In this document: positions 1 to 13,383 of the stretch, piece by piece | How positions within the stretch are numbered: the first letter of the stretch is position 1 | Layout: every line of letters begins with the position of its first letter | Assembly (NCBI RefSeq): GCF_963506605.1 | Contig: NC_083285.1 | Coordinates: forward strand, 1,674,001 to 1,738,000 | Length of the DNA: 64,000 nt | Direction: 5' to 3' | Source of the DNA: Zootoca vivipara | Taxonomy: Eukaryota | Notes under the pieces: generated by a model | The model's input: only the letters and a program-made list of their open reading frames with translations | What the model was told of the DNA's origin: nothing | Databases searched by the model: none | Program-made: the position numbers and the translations under genes

Positions 1-519
1 ACACACACACACACACAAATGTACAAAACACATTAATTGCATCTGTAATTGAGACTAGGGATTGCCTGTGAAGAGTCCCTGTTAAACATATTTCTACCTT
101 TTGCAATACAGGGATATTGGTTTTCTAATACGTAGATCCATGGTCATGTTTTTTCCATAATTATTGTGGTTATTGTGTAATAGCCTGGTCACTGGAAACT
201 CTCTTGTTGTAATGCACAGCTAATATCAATCAATTTGAAAGGAAAGATTTCTCAAGGGAACTCATACAAATCAGCCGTGAAGCTGTAATCCAAACAAAAT
301 GTGGCACACATTTCAAGATACCTCTCTACCTTTATTATTAAGCACTGGAAACAATGTGTGGAGACAGCTGCTCTGAGGACAAGAGGATATTTTTTCCAAC
401 TTTGTGTGACCAAGGACACTCTGCCTTGTGGCAGTTTTTTTAGTGTGGGATTTTTTATTTTGAAAAATGAGGTTCATCTGAGGATATGAAATGCAATCTG
501 AATAGATAACCTAGGTATA

Positions 520-1741
520 GAGTTGTAGAATTGAAAGGGACCCCCAAGGGTCATCTAGTGTAACCTGCACAATTCAGGAATCTCAGCTAAAGCCCCCAAG
601 ACATATGGCCATCCAACCTCTGCTTAAAAGCCTCCAGTGAAGGAGAGTCCACAACCTCTCGAGGGAGACAGTTTCACTGTTGAACAGCTCTGACTGCTAG
701 AAAGTTCTTCCTGATGTTTAGTCAGGATCTCCTTCGTTGTAAATTGAAGCCATTGGTTTGTGTCCTACCCTCCAGAGCAGCAGAAAAACAGCTTGTTCCC
801 TCTTCCATGTGACAGCCCTTGAAATATATTTGAAGATGGCTATCATATTTCTCTTAGTCTTCTCTTTTCCAGGCTAAACATACCCAGTTCCTTCCACCGT
901 TCCTTATAAGGCTTGGTTTCCAGACCCTTGACCATCTCCTCTGCACACCTTCCAGCTGGTCAACATCTTTCTTAAATTATGGTGCCCAGAATTAGACATA
1001 GTATTCCAGGTGTGGTCTGACCAAGACAGAATAGAGTGGTACTATTACTTTCCTTGATCTGGACACTACTGTTGATGCAACCTAGAGTAGCATTAGCTTT
1101 TTTTGCTGCTGCATCACACTGTTGACTTGTGTTCAACTTGTGGTCCACTAAGGCGCCTAGATCCTTTTCACATTTTCTGCTAGTAAGCCAGGTGTCCCCC
1201 CATCTTATATTTGTGTATCTGGTTCATCCTGCCTAAGTGCGGAACCTTACGTTTGTCCCTATTGAAATTCATTTTGTTAGCTTGGGCCCAGTTCTATCTG
1301 TTAAGGTCATCTTGAATCCTGATTATTTTCTTTTGCAGCATTAGCTACCCCTCCCGGTTTGGTGTCATCTGCAAATTTGATGAGCATCCCCTCAATTCCT
1401 TCATCCGAGTCAATTATAAAGATGTTGAACCCTGCAGCACCCCACTTGTCACTTTTTTCCAGGATAACAAGGAACCATTAATGATTACTCTGTGGGTTCG
1501 GTCAGTCAATCAGCTACAAATCCACCTAACAGTTATTCAACCCATATTTTACCCGCAAAAATATAATGGGGAACTTTGTCAAAAGCCTTACTGAAATCAA
1601 GATAAACTATTTCCACAGCATTTCTCTGATCCACCAAGCTTGTAACTCCAACAAAAAAAAGAAAAAAATGAGATTTGTCTGGTATGACTTATTTTTGAGA
1701 AACCCATGCTGAATCTTAGTAATTGCACCATCCTTTTCTAA
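520..1741 (-). mobile_element. Degenerate CR1 LINE, 3' part (decayed RT region)
   Basis: Reverse complement resembles the 2430-3457 CR1 copy (ggtgtcatctgcaaatt = KFADDT; CR1-type 3' end near 520-600). No long ORF. Confidence 0.8.
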
Positions 1742-2429
1742 AAAAACATCATTGTTATCTTAAGTATACCCCACAAGATTATTTAGCTAAATTATATTTT
1801 AGTCTGCTTGTGTTAAACTGTTGTCACCCGCTTAAAGGTCTAAAAATATGGCAGGGTGGATATTGAAATAACTCCTTTTGTTTCCAACCAAATTCTCAAA
1901 TGTACAAAGAATCATTCCCTCTCAGTTGGTTAAATTGGCTATTGATAAATTGGCTGAGATTATTGATATATTTGGCTTTTACAGGGAGAAATCATTTAGA
2001 GTTATGTCAGGAGAATATGTGAGAGCTAACGGGCTTTATCTGCAGAAGTGAAATGTTTTCATTGCTGGCTATAAAAGAGGGAAAGCACAGCTCATACTGG
2101 AAGAGCTCAACTGTGGCGTGGCAGAACCATTGCCTTAAAATGATTGCACATAATAAGCTAAAAACTGGTTCTTGTCTGTTGCTTGCAAGTCCCCTAACTA
2201 CTAGATGAGGGAGGGAGACTGCCTGTGAAGACAAGGAAAAGTCAGTATGGCTGGGACAGAAAGTTCCTACAAGACCTTTGTCAAGGATAAATTGTATGCA
2301 GTTGACAGGGTTTAACCGGAGGGAACCAGGGGGCTATTGAAAGACATCTGCTGCTAGGAGAGTTAAGGCACTGGGAGTCCAGTAACTGGTTGGATGGAGA
2401 CAGAGAAGCAGGAATGTAAGTATTCCTGT

Positions 2430-3457
2430 GGATTTGTAACTGACTTACTGACCGAACCCAAAGGGTGCTCATCAATGGCTCCTCCTCATCCTGGAGAGTA
2501 GTGACTAGTGGGGTGCCACAGGGTTCTGTCTTGGGCCCAGTCTTGTTCAACATCTTTATCAATGACTTGGATGATGGGCTTGAGGGCATCCTGAGCAAGT
2601 TTGCAGATGACACCAAATTGGGAGGGGTGGCTAACACCCCAGAGGACAGGATCACACTTCAGAATGACCTTAACAGATTAGACAACTGGGCCAAAGCAAA
2701 CAAGATGAATTTTAACAAGGAGAAATGTAAAGTACTACACTTGGGCAAAAAAAATGAAAGGCACAAATACAGGATGGGAGACACCTGGCTTGAGAGCAGT
2801 ACATGTGAAAAGGATCTAGGAGTCTTGGTAGACCACAAACTTGACATGAGTCAGCAGTGTGATGCAGCAGCTAAAAAAGCCAATGCAATTCTGGGCTGCA
2901 TCAATAGGAGTATAGCATCTAGATCAAGGGAAGTAATAGTACCACTGTATTCTGCTCTGGTCAGACCTCACCTGGAGTACTGTGTCCAGTTCTGGGCACC
3001 ACAGTTCAAGAAGGATACTGATAAGTTGGAACGTGTCCAGAAGAGGGCAACCAAAATGGTCAAAGGCCTGGAAACGATGCCTTATGAGGAACGGCTTAGG
3101 GAGCTGGGTATGTTAACCATGTTCAAATATATAAAAGGATGTCATATAGAGGAGGGAGAAAGGTTGTTTTCTGCTGCTCCAGAGAAGCGGACACGGAGCA
3201 ACGGATTCAAACTACAAGAAAGAAAATTCCACCTAAACATTAGGAAGAACTTCCTGACAGTAAGAGCTGTTCGGCAGTGGAATTTGCTGCCAAGGAGTGT
3301 GGTGGAGTCTCCTTCTTTGGAGGTCTTTAAGCAGAGGCTTGACAGCCATCTGTCAGGAATGCTTTGATGGTGTTTCCTGCTTGGCAGGGGGTTGGACTGG
3401 ATGGCCCTTGTGGTCTCTTCCAACTCTATGATTCTATGATTCTATTCTATGATTCTA
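2430..3457 (+). mobile_element. 5'-truncated CR1 LINE (RT C-terminal ORF 2465-3367)
   Basis: ORF has [17 protein letters not shown] and [11 protein letters not shown] motifs. Ends in ...ttccaactctatgattctatgattct, the CR1 (ATTCTATG)n tail. Confidence 0.95.
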
Positions 3458-3775
3458 AGTAGAAAAAGAGTGGAAGCAGAACCCTGAAGGGAACAATTAT
3501 TATACAGTAGTTATATCCAAATAAGATGGGAATAATTATGTCCTTGGCTTAAAGCAGGGTAGTCATCAGCAACATTTGACACCCCCCCCCAACAGCACTT
3601 TTGTTGCCTTTCCAAAGCCAGGTTTGATGTGGGTTTGAGCAGGAATTCGCCTTTTACTTATGATATACACCAATAAATTATGTAGGGTTTGGGGCCATAA
3701 GTAGGAATAGTGAGCAGACGACACTAAATTGTAAATACATTTTTGTAGCCTCAGTATATTAACTTTTCTAGATTT

Positions 3776-3968
3776 AGTTACAGGTAGGTAGCCGTGTTGG
3801 TCTGAGTCGAAGCAAAATAAAAAAATTCCTTCAGTAGCACCTTAAAGACCAACTAAGTTTATATTTTGGTATGAGCTTTCGTGTGCAGAAGTGTGCATGC
3901 ACACGAAAGCTCATACCAAAATATAAACTTAGTTGGTCTTTAAGGTGCTACTGAAGGAATTTTTCTAT
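3776..3968. mobile_element. Penelope pseudo-LTR remnant in inverted configuration
   Basis: Perfect 67-bp inverted repeat (3821-3887 / 3898-3964) matching the terminus of the Penelope at 26265. Flanked by 12-bp direct repeat ttttctagattt (3764-3775, 3969-3980). Confidence 0.8.
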
Positions 3969-5213
3969 TTTTCTAGATTTGTTTCTTTTTAAACTAAATT
4001 TTAGGAAAAGAAATGTCACGGGTATTATTATAGTGAAAATTCTAGAAAAAACATTATGGGTTGTATTCCATTATGTCCTTCTGCTCATGGAAGCCTTTTT
4101 GCTCCAGCAAATTCCCCTTTCTCCTACCAACCTCGTTGCCACTTCATGCTGTTCCAACGGGTCCCCCTAAGCCTCTGGAGCAGTCTTGTGGGGTGGGATA
4201 TGCAAAGAGATGCAGAGGGAAGGGAATATCAGCTAAAGTAACCTTTTGTCCTCCATTTGAGAACAGAATTAAGTGGAGTCACTTTGTCTTACTCTGAAAG
4301 GTGGCAATTCAAGAAGTTCTCGTAAGCTGCTGTGGGTAATTTGAAAAACTGCTATTCCTAAATTAATAAATTAGAATGCCATTTTGTAAAACAATTTACT
4401 TGTGTTCACTGATAAAAACTGATTCCAGAATCAGATCTTGCCCTAGAGCCAGTTATTGTAAGTTCTTAAGCTGAATTTGCAGTTGGGAATCAAAGATAAA
4501 TAGAAGGGCTTTTTCATGCAACATGTCATTAACATATAACATAAGGCGTGATGAAAAGCACAAGCTGAAATAGCTTTGAAGGGGGATTCACCAAATAAAT
4601 GGAAGGTAAGTTGATCAATGACTGTTAGTCATAATAGTTAAATGAAGCCTTCATGTCCTGCTCTTGAAATTTCCAGGGGCAAGTGGCATGCAGCTTTTGG
4701 ACGAAATAGGTGTTGAGCAACAAATATTATTGTTCTTATACTCTGACTTTTGTTTCCTTATATTACTTGCTTAGATTTCAAGTAATGTGATCACTACAGT
4801 TTATTATGGTGGGATTAAACATTTAACAGTGAGTGCAGGATTGTAGCCATAGTAATTTTAGTTCAAATTCCTAATCGGCAGTATCCAATTATTCAAAGCT
4901 GCTGCTGTACTGAATAAATATTTCATAAATGCAGTTGCCTGCATTAAATTCATTAACATCCAGGTAACTAGCTCCTTGGGATTTCCCCCTGTTCTAGTAA
5001 TTATCATTTTGTAAAGATAATGGACATAGCACGTTTTGATGTGCATTTTGTTATACTCAGTTGATAACTTTTATTTCAATGAAATAGGTGTCTATTCTGG
5101 TGTCAAAAAAGTCTAGTATGTGTGTTGATGTCAACATATTTTCCTTGGATGTCATTTCTGGACAAAATAGTTATGAAATATGTGCTAATAAAGCATTGAT
5201 ATTCTTTTGGTAG

Positions 5214-5439
5214 CCAGAAGTGCAACTTGCTGAAGGCTTTGACGTCTTTATGCCGAAATCACAACTGGACTCTATATTAGCAAATTACACGCGTTCAGGA
5301 AGTCTGCTGTTTCGAAAGCTGGTGTGTGCATTTTTTGATGACAAGACCTTGGCCAACTCTTTACCCAATGGCAAGAGGAAAAGAGGTCTCAATGACAACC
5401 GAAAAGGACTAGACCAAAATATTGTGGGTGCAATAAAAG
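5214..5439 (+). CDS. BEND7: BEN domain-containing protein 7, internal coding exon (BEN domain, first part)
   Basis: tag|CCA...AAAG|gtatt. Translates PEVQLAEGFDVFMPKSQLDSILANYTRSGSLLFRKLVCAFFDDKTLANSLPNGKRKRGLNDNRKGLDQNIVGAIK, recognised as BEND7. Synteny with SEPHS1. Confidence 0.93.
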
Positions 5440-5450
5440 GTATTGTTTTC

Positions 5451-5455
<5 letters not shown>

Positions 5456-5482
<27 letters not shown>
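5456..5482. repeat. (TA)n microsatellite
   Basis: Direct TA run just downstream of the BEND7 donor. Confidence 0.9.
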
Positions 5483-6995
5483 CATCTAGTGGTTATGCTG
5501 TTTCACATTTTGGGAGTTGCTAAAAACACTGGTGATCTTTACACATTTTTCAAGCTCATCTGCAAGCCAGCCTTGGCTATGTGTTTCTGATTGTCTGATC
5601 TGAATCAACAACCTTTTGCATGGTCAAACTGTTTCAGGACTACATCATTTCAGATTGTAGGTTGAGGAATAACGAAATGTAGTACTGCACACATATCACT
5701 AATGACATAAAACCATCATGCCAGAATCCTTCATCACATTTAAGACTTGTTCCCTCGTTAACACGGAACACAGCTCCAAACTGGCACTACACGTGTACAA
5801 GGGCTTGTGTGAAAGACTGTACACTTGCTGATTTGTACATCTCAACTATTGTGTGCATGGACTGCACATTCATTGAATGTTACAGGTGAATAATAGTACA
5901 AATATACAGCTCAATTGTTGGTATACACAAGTACAAAGATTCTACACTTATTTAATGTAATATGTGAACACACATGCAGGGATACTTTTTTTGAAATGGG
6001 GGAATCATTCAAATATGCAGTTTCCAACCTACAGTTTAAAATGGTTCAGTGTGTATTTTACTGCACAACAAGATGCTTGTTTTCACTGGGCCTCTGTCTT
6101 AACTGAACCTTTTTGATGTGGTGCTTACAGAACAGCATTGAAGAAAGCTCATTATGCAACTGTGTATGATGATCTTCTTTTGTGAGAAATGAAATTATTA
6201 AATATAATGATTATCATCCCTAACATAATGATAGGGATGGCAAAATGCTATTGAGGGTCAATGAAATAAAATGTTGGTTTAAAATGTAGATATTAGGAAG
6301 CACACCATGGATTTTTAAGAGTTGTATTCTCTGGCCCCCATTTCTTTGAAATTTCCAACTACAAATTAATTATTTCACCTACAACATTCTTGGGATGTTT
6401 TGGGGTTGCAGCAGTGATGCTGCTGCAAGATTTTATGTTAACAGCTTAAAATGTTTCTTTTGATTAAGTGGTGCATACATTTTGATAAATAAATAAAATA
6501 AACAATATACCCTAGCCAAACATGTTGCTGGCTATGATAGCTCTGTGTAGAATGGAAAGGTAGAGAGGGTGGTTTGCTGGTTCACATTGTGGAGCCAAAT
6601 AGCTCTCTGACCTGTATGTCTTCCTCTGTCTGGTGCCATTCCTGCAGACAGCTATGGAATCAGGAACCCAGCCCTTGCCATGCAGGTGGGACAAGCAAGC
6701 CCAGTTTGGTTTGTATAGCAGGGATTGTGGCTGCTGCTCTTCTTGTTCAGAGAGGTGGATAAAAAAATTAGGAACTAGGGTTTGTGCTTATTGCACACAA
6801 TCTCCCGGCAACTATACTTGTGTGTAAGTCGAAATCTAACTGGAGTCCCACTCCACATCATATTTAGCCGAGTTACTAATCTGACATTAGCTGTTGCTTT
6901 TGACTTGTAAGACAGAACTTGAAGTGAGCACTGAAAATGGGGAGGCGGCTTACATATATGCTGCCAGTCAGGCAAACTGCCTTCACTTGTTTGTA

Positions 6996-7238
6996 CAGTG
7001 GTACCTCTACTTACGAATTTAATGCGTTCCGAATGCACATTCGTAAGTTGAAAAAAATTGTAAGTCGAATCCCATAGGAATGCATTGGGAGAAAAAATTC
7101 GTAAGTAGAAGCAACCCTATATAAAAATTCGTAAGTAGAAAAAATCCTATCTAAACCGCATCCAAGATGGCGGACGGAGCTCCATTCGTAAGTAGAAACA
7201 TTCGTATGTAGAGTTATTCGTAAGTAGAGGTAACACTG
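6996..7238. mobile_element. TA-flanked Tc1/mariner (Tigger/pogo-like) MITE
   Basis: TA|cagtggtacctctacttacg ... cgtaagtagaggtaacactg|TA terminal inverted repeats. Confidence 0.85.
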
Positions 7239-9884
7239 TATTGTGTTTTATCCTGCATACCTGAGCATAGCCATTTTAATCTGGAGGTATCAATATGGTT
7301 CCGTTTAGCTTCAGGGGCTTTGTCAGCACCAGCCTGCTACTTCAGAAATCTGAAGTCTATGGCTCACCAGTTGTTTCTGGACTACAGCTTCTATTGTTCC
7401 CAGATCATTGGTCTTACTGGTTGAAACTGATCAAAGGTGGAGTTCAGCAGTGTCTGTAGTGCCATAAGTTCCCCATCAATGCCCTAACCTAAGGCAGTTC
7501 TCAAATACTGATCATTTTCAGTTACATCCAGCAGCTGATAGTATCTGGAGTGGTACTGCTAGGCACTGTTTATAATAAGAGGGCTCTCTTTATATTGTCT
7601 TTATGGTATCACACAAGGGATGCTGCATTGAGGACTTTGATATGCTGGATGGGGGTTCCTCTCCCAGAAGCAAACACAAGGGATGGCAGGCACCCTGTGG
7701 AACTTAACTCTGCCTGGCTCCATTTGCACGTTCTGCCTTCCAAGAGCTGTTCGGCTGGATACTATGGGCCCATTTATCCCTTGTGGTGGCTCAGCCAGTG
7801 TAAGATCTCACTAAGAATGAAAAGATGTTCTTTGCAGCATTGCCACTGGGTTCCTCTGTAGCCCTTTCAGATGTTCTGTAATCATACTTTTGGCTCTACT
7901 CAATGAATCAATTAAGAGTGTAAAGAAAAATGTTTACTGGGTAGTTTTATATCAATGACAGTTGTTCTCTCGCACTTTAGAAATGTGCACTTTTAAGCAA
8001 AGAAAATTTCAGAGTATTCCCCCCCTTTTTTACATCTGGTATTTTTAATAGTAGAGTGATGGTCATCAAAGGATGAGAATGTTTGCAGAAGTGAAGCCTT
8101 AAAGATGGGCTTGTAGCTTAGTGTGTGGTTTGGGTACTTTTTAAAGTTGGCTTTGCTACACATTTCTCCCCATAGCCCATCTTTGTCTACCTGGACTGTT
8201 GCCTTTGTTCACTGCCTCACTTTTACCTGTTCCTCAGGTCTTTAGCCCAGCTTTCCCCAACTTGCCCTCCCCCCAAATATATTTTGAGCTACAACTGTAG
8301 TGGGGAACCTCTAGCCCACAGGCATCTATAGGCCCACCAGGCCTCCCCATTTGGCCCATGAGACCGTTTGGGCCAAGCCACACCCACACCCACTTGACCT
8401 ATAATGGGATGGATAAACATGTGGCTGATCCAAGAGGGGCTTTGCAGGCACCACTAATCACAAGGTCTGACTGTCAGCTGATTGTTGTGCCCCTGGGCAC
8501 ACTTCCGTTGTGGATGTGTGGTGGCACTTTTGAATGGGAGCAAATATCAGCTCTCTTCCCTGGTAGGGCCCCCCCCCCCCAACATCTTAAGTTGCCAAAA
8601 ATGCAATGTTGCCTATCAATGAAAACTATTGATTTCCTAACTGAAATATGGGTACAGATCTAGGAAATCAATGGATTTCATAGCTCTACAGGCCAGAGTG
8701 TTACATCTTGGGAATATCAAATAAAAAGCATCCAGGGGTCTGGTGGAGAGAGCAGGGAAGGACCCTTCTAAGACCTTGTGGTCCTTGGGGTTGACCACTG
8801 GGGTGAAGCCAGGCTGTTTTAGCTCATCGTTGGGGCCATGTTAGAGGCCTGCATGGCTCCATGCTTGGCTCTATTTCTTGGATAGTTCTTAATCAGGAAG
8901 TACAGTGGAGGAATTGAGGTTGGCTGCATGAAACATGCAAGTAGGGCAGCGAGAGGAGCTGATTGGTCATTTGCCTGGTGATAGCATAGCTGACATTCAT
9001 CCTTCATTCAAAGCTGCTGTTGTTGTAAGGAGCATCTGAGGCTGTCTCTCAGGTTAAAGGCCACCAGTTCCCCAACCGCACTGAAATACTTCCTGTTTTT
9101 CTTTACTTCCTCGTACTCCCACTCCTGACCATTCTGGTTAAACAGCCCGGGAGCAATAAGGCATATAAATAGTGAACTCAGACAGTAGTGTAAAATGTTA
9201 TTATAAAGATACCTGATTATATTTTTTGAATCTTTCACAGAAGACTAAGACAGATGATCTATATCTCCTTTTCCCCTTTTGCAATTAAAAAAATACTTTA
9301 AAAAAATGACGTGTCAATATTTTGTTTCACGAGGAAGCAGTTTTGTCAAATATATTCATCTGTTCATAAAAAGCACTGATGTGTAGATGAAATGTAGCTT
9401 GAAATGTGCATGAAAGGTTTACCCTTGTTAATTCTGTTTTATAGAATCAAAGCCAAATGTTGGTCATATTTGCATGTAATGCTGAACAGTGGTTTAGTGC
9501 TACATGGGTTGAGCTGGAAGGAGCCCAACCAAAAGCATCTGCCTCCCATGCTGCCCTATCCACTTTCCACTGCAGCCACTGCTGGGTTTAGTTTCACTTT
9601 TATGGAATCCTGGCTTAGTATTGCATGTGAACCAGAGAGCCTAGCTTGGCATTACATTTAACCCATGGGTTGTAAAGCTAGCCTGTTTAAATAATATGTT
9701 TGTCATGAACCATGATCTCTGGTTCACAACAGAATTCTCCAAAAATGAAATAAAAAATTTCAGAAGTCTTCTTCCTGACTGCATGGGGGAGAGTAAGTGT
9801 GGAGAGAGGTGTGTAAGCTCAACAATTTGTCTTGGCTTGTTCCACTTCATCTGAGTAACATTTTATGTGCATGTTACCACTGTG

Positions 9885-10255
9885 GACCCAGGTGGCTCTG
9901 TGGCATGGACCCAGGTGGCTCTGTGGTTAAACCACTGAGCCTAGGGCTTGCTGATCAGAAGGTCGGCGGTTCGAATCCCTGTGACGGGGTGAGCTCCCGT
10001 TGCTTGGTCCCAGCTCCTGCCAACCTAGCAGTTCGAAAGCACGTCAAAATGCAAGTAGATAAATAGGAACCGCTACAGCGGGAAGGTAAACGGCGTTTCC
10101 ATGTGCTGCTCTGGTTTGCCAGAAGCGGCTTTGTCATGCTGGCCACATGACCTGGAAGCTATACACCGGCTCCCTCGGCCAATAATGCGAGATGAGCGCG
10201 CAACCCCAGAGTCGGTCATGACTGGACCTAATGGTCAGGGGTCCCTTTACCTTTT
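9885..10255 (+). mobile_element. Sauria SINE (Squam1/POM-type)
   Basis: tRNA-like head with B box ggttcgaatcc and ccctttacctt tail. TSD ttaccactgtg on both sides. Five more copies in the window. Confidence 0.9.
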
Positions 10256-10765
10256 TTACCACTGTGTTTTCAAATTTCATAGTTTCGTGTGTCACTTTGT
10301 TCCGGAGATTCCAAGGCAATATTTTGTGGTGTTCTCTGATCTTTCTAGTTAATAATATTTCTGGAATGTCAATGCCATCTTCTGCTAATGTTTTTCAACA
10401 TGGTAAACATTTGCAGAGTGCTTAGCTTACCTAATATATGCAAAATCTCTTGGTTATTTGAGTGCTTTCAAACAGCTACAATCCAAACTTATATTGCAAG
10501 TTAGTTTGTCTGAAGGTCTCCCATGTTAGTATCTTCCTGCACTTAGAAAATCATTTGGGAAGAATAAATTTACATGCTGACTTTTCTCAATCATGGAGAT
10601 TTTAAGTTACAAAAATGTAAACATCCAGTTCTCACATTTTATATAAAATGTAGAATGTTGTTGTGATTTTACTTTGCTTGTGTCTGGTTACTTAAACCTT
10701 GGTTTGCAGTTTTCCATCTTTTTCAACCTTTTGTTAAAGAGATTATTTGTACCTTCTGTTTTTAG

Positions 10766-10885
10766 TGTTCACAGAAAAATACTGCACTGCAAACCATGTG
10801 GATAAACTACCCGGCCCAAGAGACTGGGTACAGATTCTTCAGGATCAAATCAAACTGGCAAGAAGACGGTTAAAAAGAGGCTCAG
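10766..10885 (+). CDS. BEND7: BEND7 coding exon (BEN domain, second part)
   Basis: tttag|TG...TCAG|gtaag, phase 1-1, in frame with the previous exon. Translates (V)FTEKYCTANHVDKLPGPRDWVQILQDQIKLARRRLKRGS. Confidence 0.93.
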
Positions 10886-12607
10886 GTAAGGGAGGGTTAG
10901 AGGTAGAAAGCAGAATGAATGCAGATAGCAAGGTGGCAAGACAAACAGTATGACAGTGAGCAGCCTGAACCCAGCCTTTAAGAATTACTGAGGAAGGACT
11001 CTGCTCCTAAGGGCTGGTTTATGCCTATGTACATTTCTTAGTCTTGTCACTCAACTAGTTATAATGACTCAGAGTTGAATATCTGAATCACCTCCATTGA
11101 AATGTTTTGTGTCTTATGATGGCAAGCCAGCGCTTGACATTACAGACCTCAGGAGATTCACTGAGACAACTGGTGTTACTCCTCACCTGTCTTGGTGCAT
11201 CCTTTTTAAAACTGTTGCATTAGAGTGATTATTCCAAAGCTTCAGCTGAAACAGAGCCAGGGTTCTCAAGGCTTAGGGTAGAACCTCTCTAAGACTTGTT
11301 CTGGTTGGTGAAGAACTGGTGGTACAGCTTCCTTGTTTTCACTGCTTTTACATTTCCTTGAGCTACTCCATCACTTTCAGTGGACCTGTGAGTCAATGTG
11401 GTTAGAATTTAAGCCCTATTCATTCATTACTTGTCTTTGGAACGCACAAGGTTTCAAGCCAGAACATGCTAGCTGCACCCTCCAACCATATGTTGCCGTC
11501 TGATAGGGAACCCCAGATCATAAGTAGCTGCTTGAACACACCAGCTGCACATAATGAGAAGACCAAAGGGCAGTGATAGCATGGCAAGATGACATCAGGG
11601 CAAGGAACAAGGCCCCGCTCCAGCTTGAAACCATGAGTGCCTTACATGCCTGTAACATGAGGGCTATAGAATCCTCTGGGTGATGAAGACCTATTTCACC
11701 ATTTGCTCTGTGTGTGGTTCCAGAAATCAACTTCTAACTGCAACATTTACTCAAACGATCTTGTGACTTTTTGAGGTGAAAATAATCTGCTGTAAAGCTT
11801 GACATTTAACATCAACTGTATAGCTTCTGTTTTGTATTAAACATCACAGTCAGTTTTCATTACTGCTGTACCATTAAAAAACAACAACCAGACCTCTACT
11901 TTAATATCCCATGGGAGCGGGGCTCATGGTTCTTGCACATATATGCAGATCAGAATATTACCTAGGTTTGTGGTACTCAGTGAGTATAATGTGTATGCTC
12001 AACACCCCTTTGGTAAGAATCACAAGAAATATTTTTATATAACACAGTATCCACTGAGAATATAGGGGGGTTTTTTTTATAAAAAAGTAAGTTTTGCTTT
12101 CATACTTAAAAATATCCAAAGAGGCACACAGTATTTAAAAAGGACCAATAACAGTCTTAAGTACAATAATGCAATAAAAATCACAACCCAATATTACTTC
12201 TCCATGAAGCAACCTAAAACCATAAAAATAAAGCAACATTGATTTATGGTCCCTTTCCCAACCTAAAGTGGACATTAATGTACACTGCTTTTTGACCATA
12301 TGAAATTGTCTGATATAAAATCAGTTCATTAGCCTGTGTAGCCCAGTATTGTCTTCTGTGACTGAAAGTGGCTGTCCCAGGGCTCAGGTAGAGAGCTCTT
12401 TCTAACGTCTGCTCCAATTTAACTCTAGGGACCAGGGATTGAACCTTCTGTATGCAAGGCTCTGCCCTTGAGTATAGTCCTTCAGTCAGTTTAGTGTTGG
12501 GAGCACTCATTTTGCTTGATGGGAAGTTCAGTGAAACTCTGGCACAATTGCTGTTGGCCTAAAAAGATGTGATTGCTTCCAATGTAAAAAATGTGAGATG
12601 TGTTTAT

Positions 12608-12742
12608 CAGGCATCCCCAAACTGTGGCCCTCCAGATGTTTTGGCCTACAACTCCCATGATCCCTAGCTAACAGGACCAGTGGTCAGGGATGATGGGAAT
12701 TGTAGTCCAAAAATCTGGAGGGCCGAAGTTTGGGGATGCCTG
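12608..12742. mobile_element. Palindromic hAT-like MITE
   Basis: caggcatccccaaact ... agtttggggatgcctg TIRs with an internal near-palindrome. Related copies at about 7345-7480, 33640-33720, 51150-51265 and 53475-53570. Confidence 0.75.
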
Positions 12743-13233
12743 GTTTAACTGCTGCTTAGGTGGAGACAGAATATCATCCTTGTGGGTGTAGAGCTAACCT
12801 GCTTAAATCATGAAACCCGTACCTGCATAATGCAGACAAATACTGTACAGCAAAAATCTTTCCATGTGTATGAAGCAATATGACTATCAACCATGAGACT
12901 TGTAAAGCTATTCATGTAGTATATGGAGTTGGCGCTGTGAGAGCTTTGGAGCAAACTATCACATTTGGCATTATTTATACCTACTTTTCAGAGAACTGGA
13001 TATTTATCAGTCACCTTCTGAAGGGAACTGGTTATTGTCTTATGGAGCAGCTCTTCCTTTGAATTCACTAAGTTCTTAAAATGCTTCTAATTTGTAGGGG
13101 TTTTGATGCATTCATGTAGTACACTTGCCTGTTTTCCATACCACTTTTCCCATTTAATTTTATTACTACTGTTTTACTTAATTTTGATTGTATTATGGAG
13201 AAATAATATATTTTATGTATTGTCTTTATTTAG

Positions 13234-13284
13234 TAGAGACAGCCGACTGTGATGAGAAACTGGACCTTTCTCTACTACAAACAG
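13234..13284 (+). CDS. BEND7: BEND7 short C-terminal coding exon
   Basis: tttag|TAGAG...ACAG|gtaaa, 51 nt, phase 1-1. Translates (V)ETADCDEKLDLSLLQT, similar to recalled mammalian AEIADSDERLD...PT. Confidence 0.8.
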
Positions 13285-13383
13285 GTAAAAAAGCTGTTGG
13301 TTAATAAAAACAAATTGGCCATTTGTTTGCTTATAGTCTCATTAGAATGGGGCTGTCTGGAATAACCTTGCACAATATAACAC

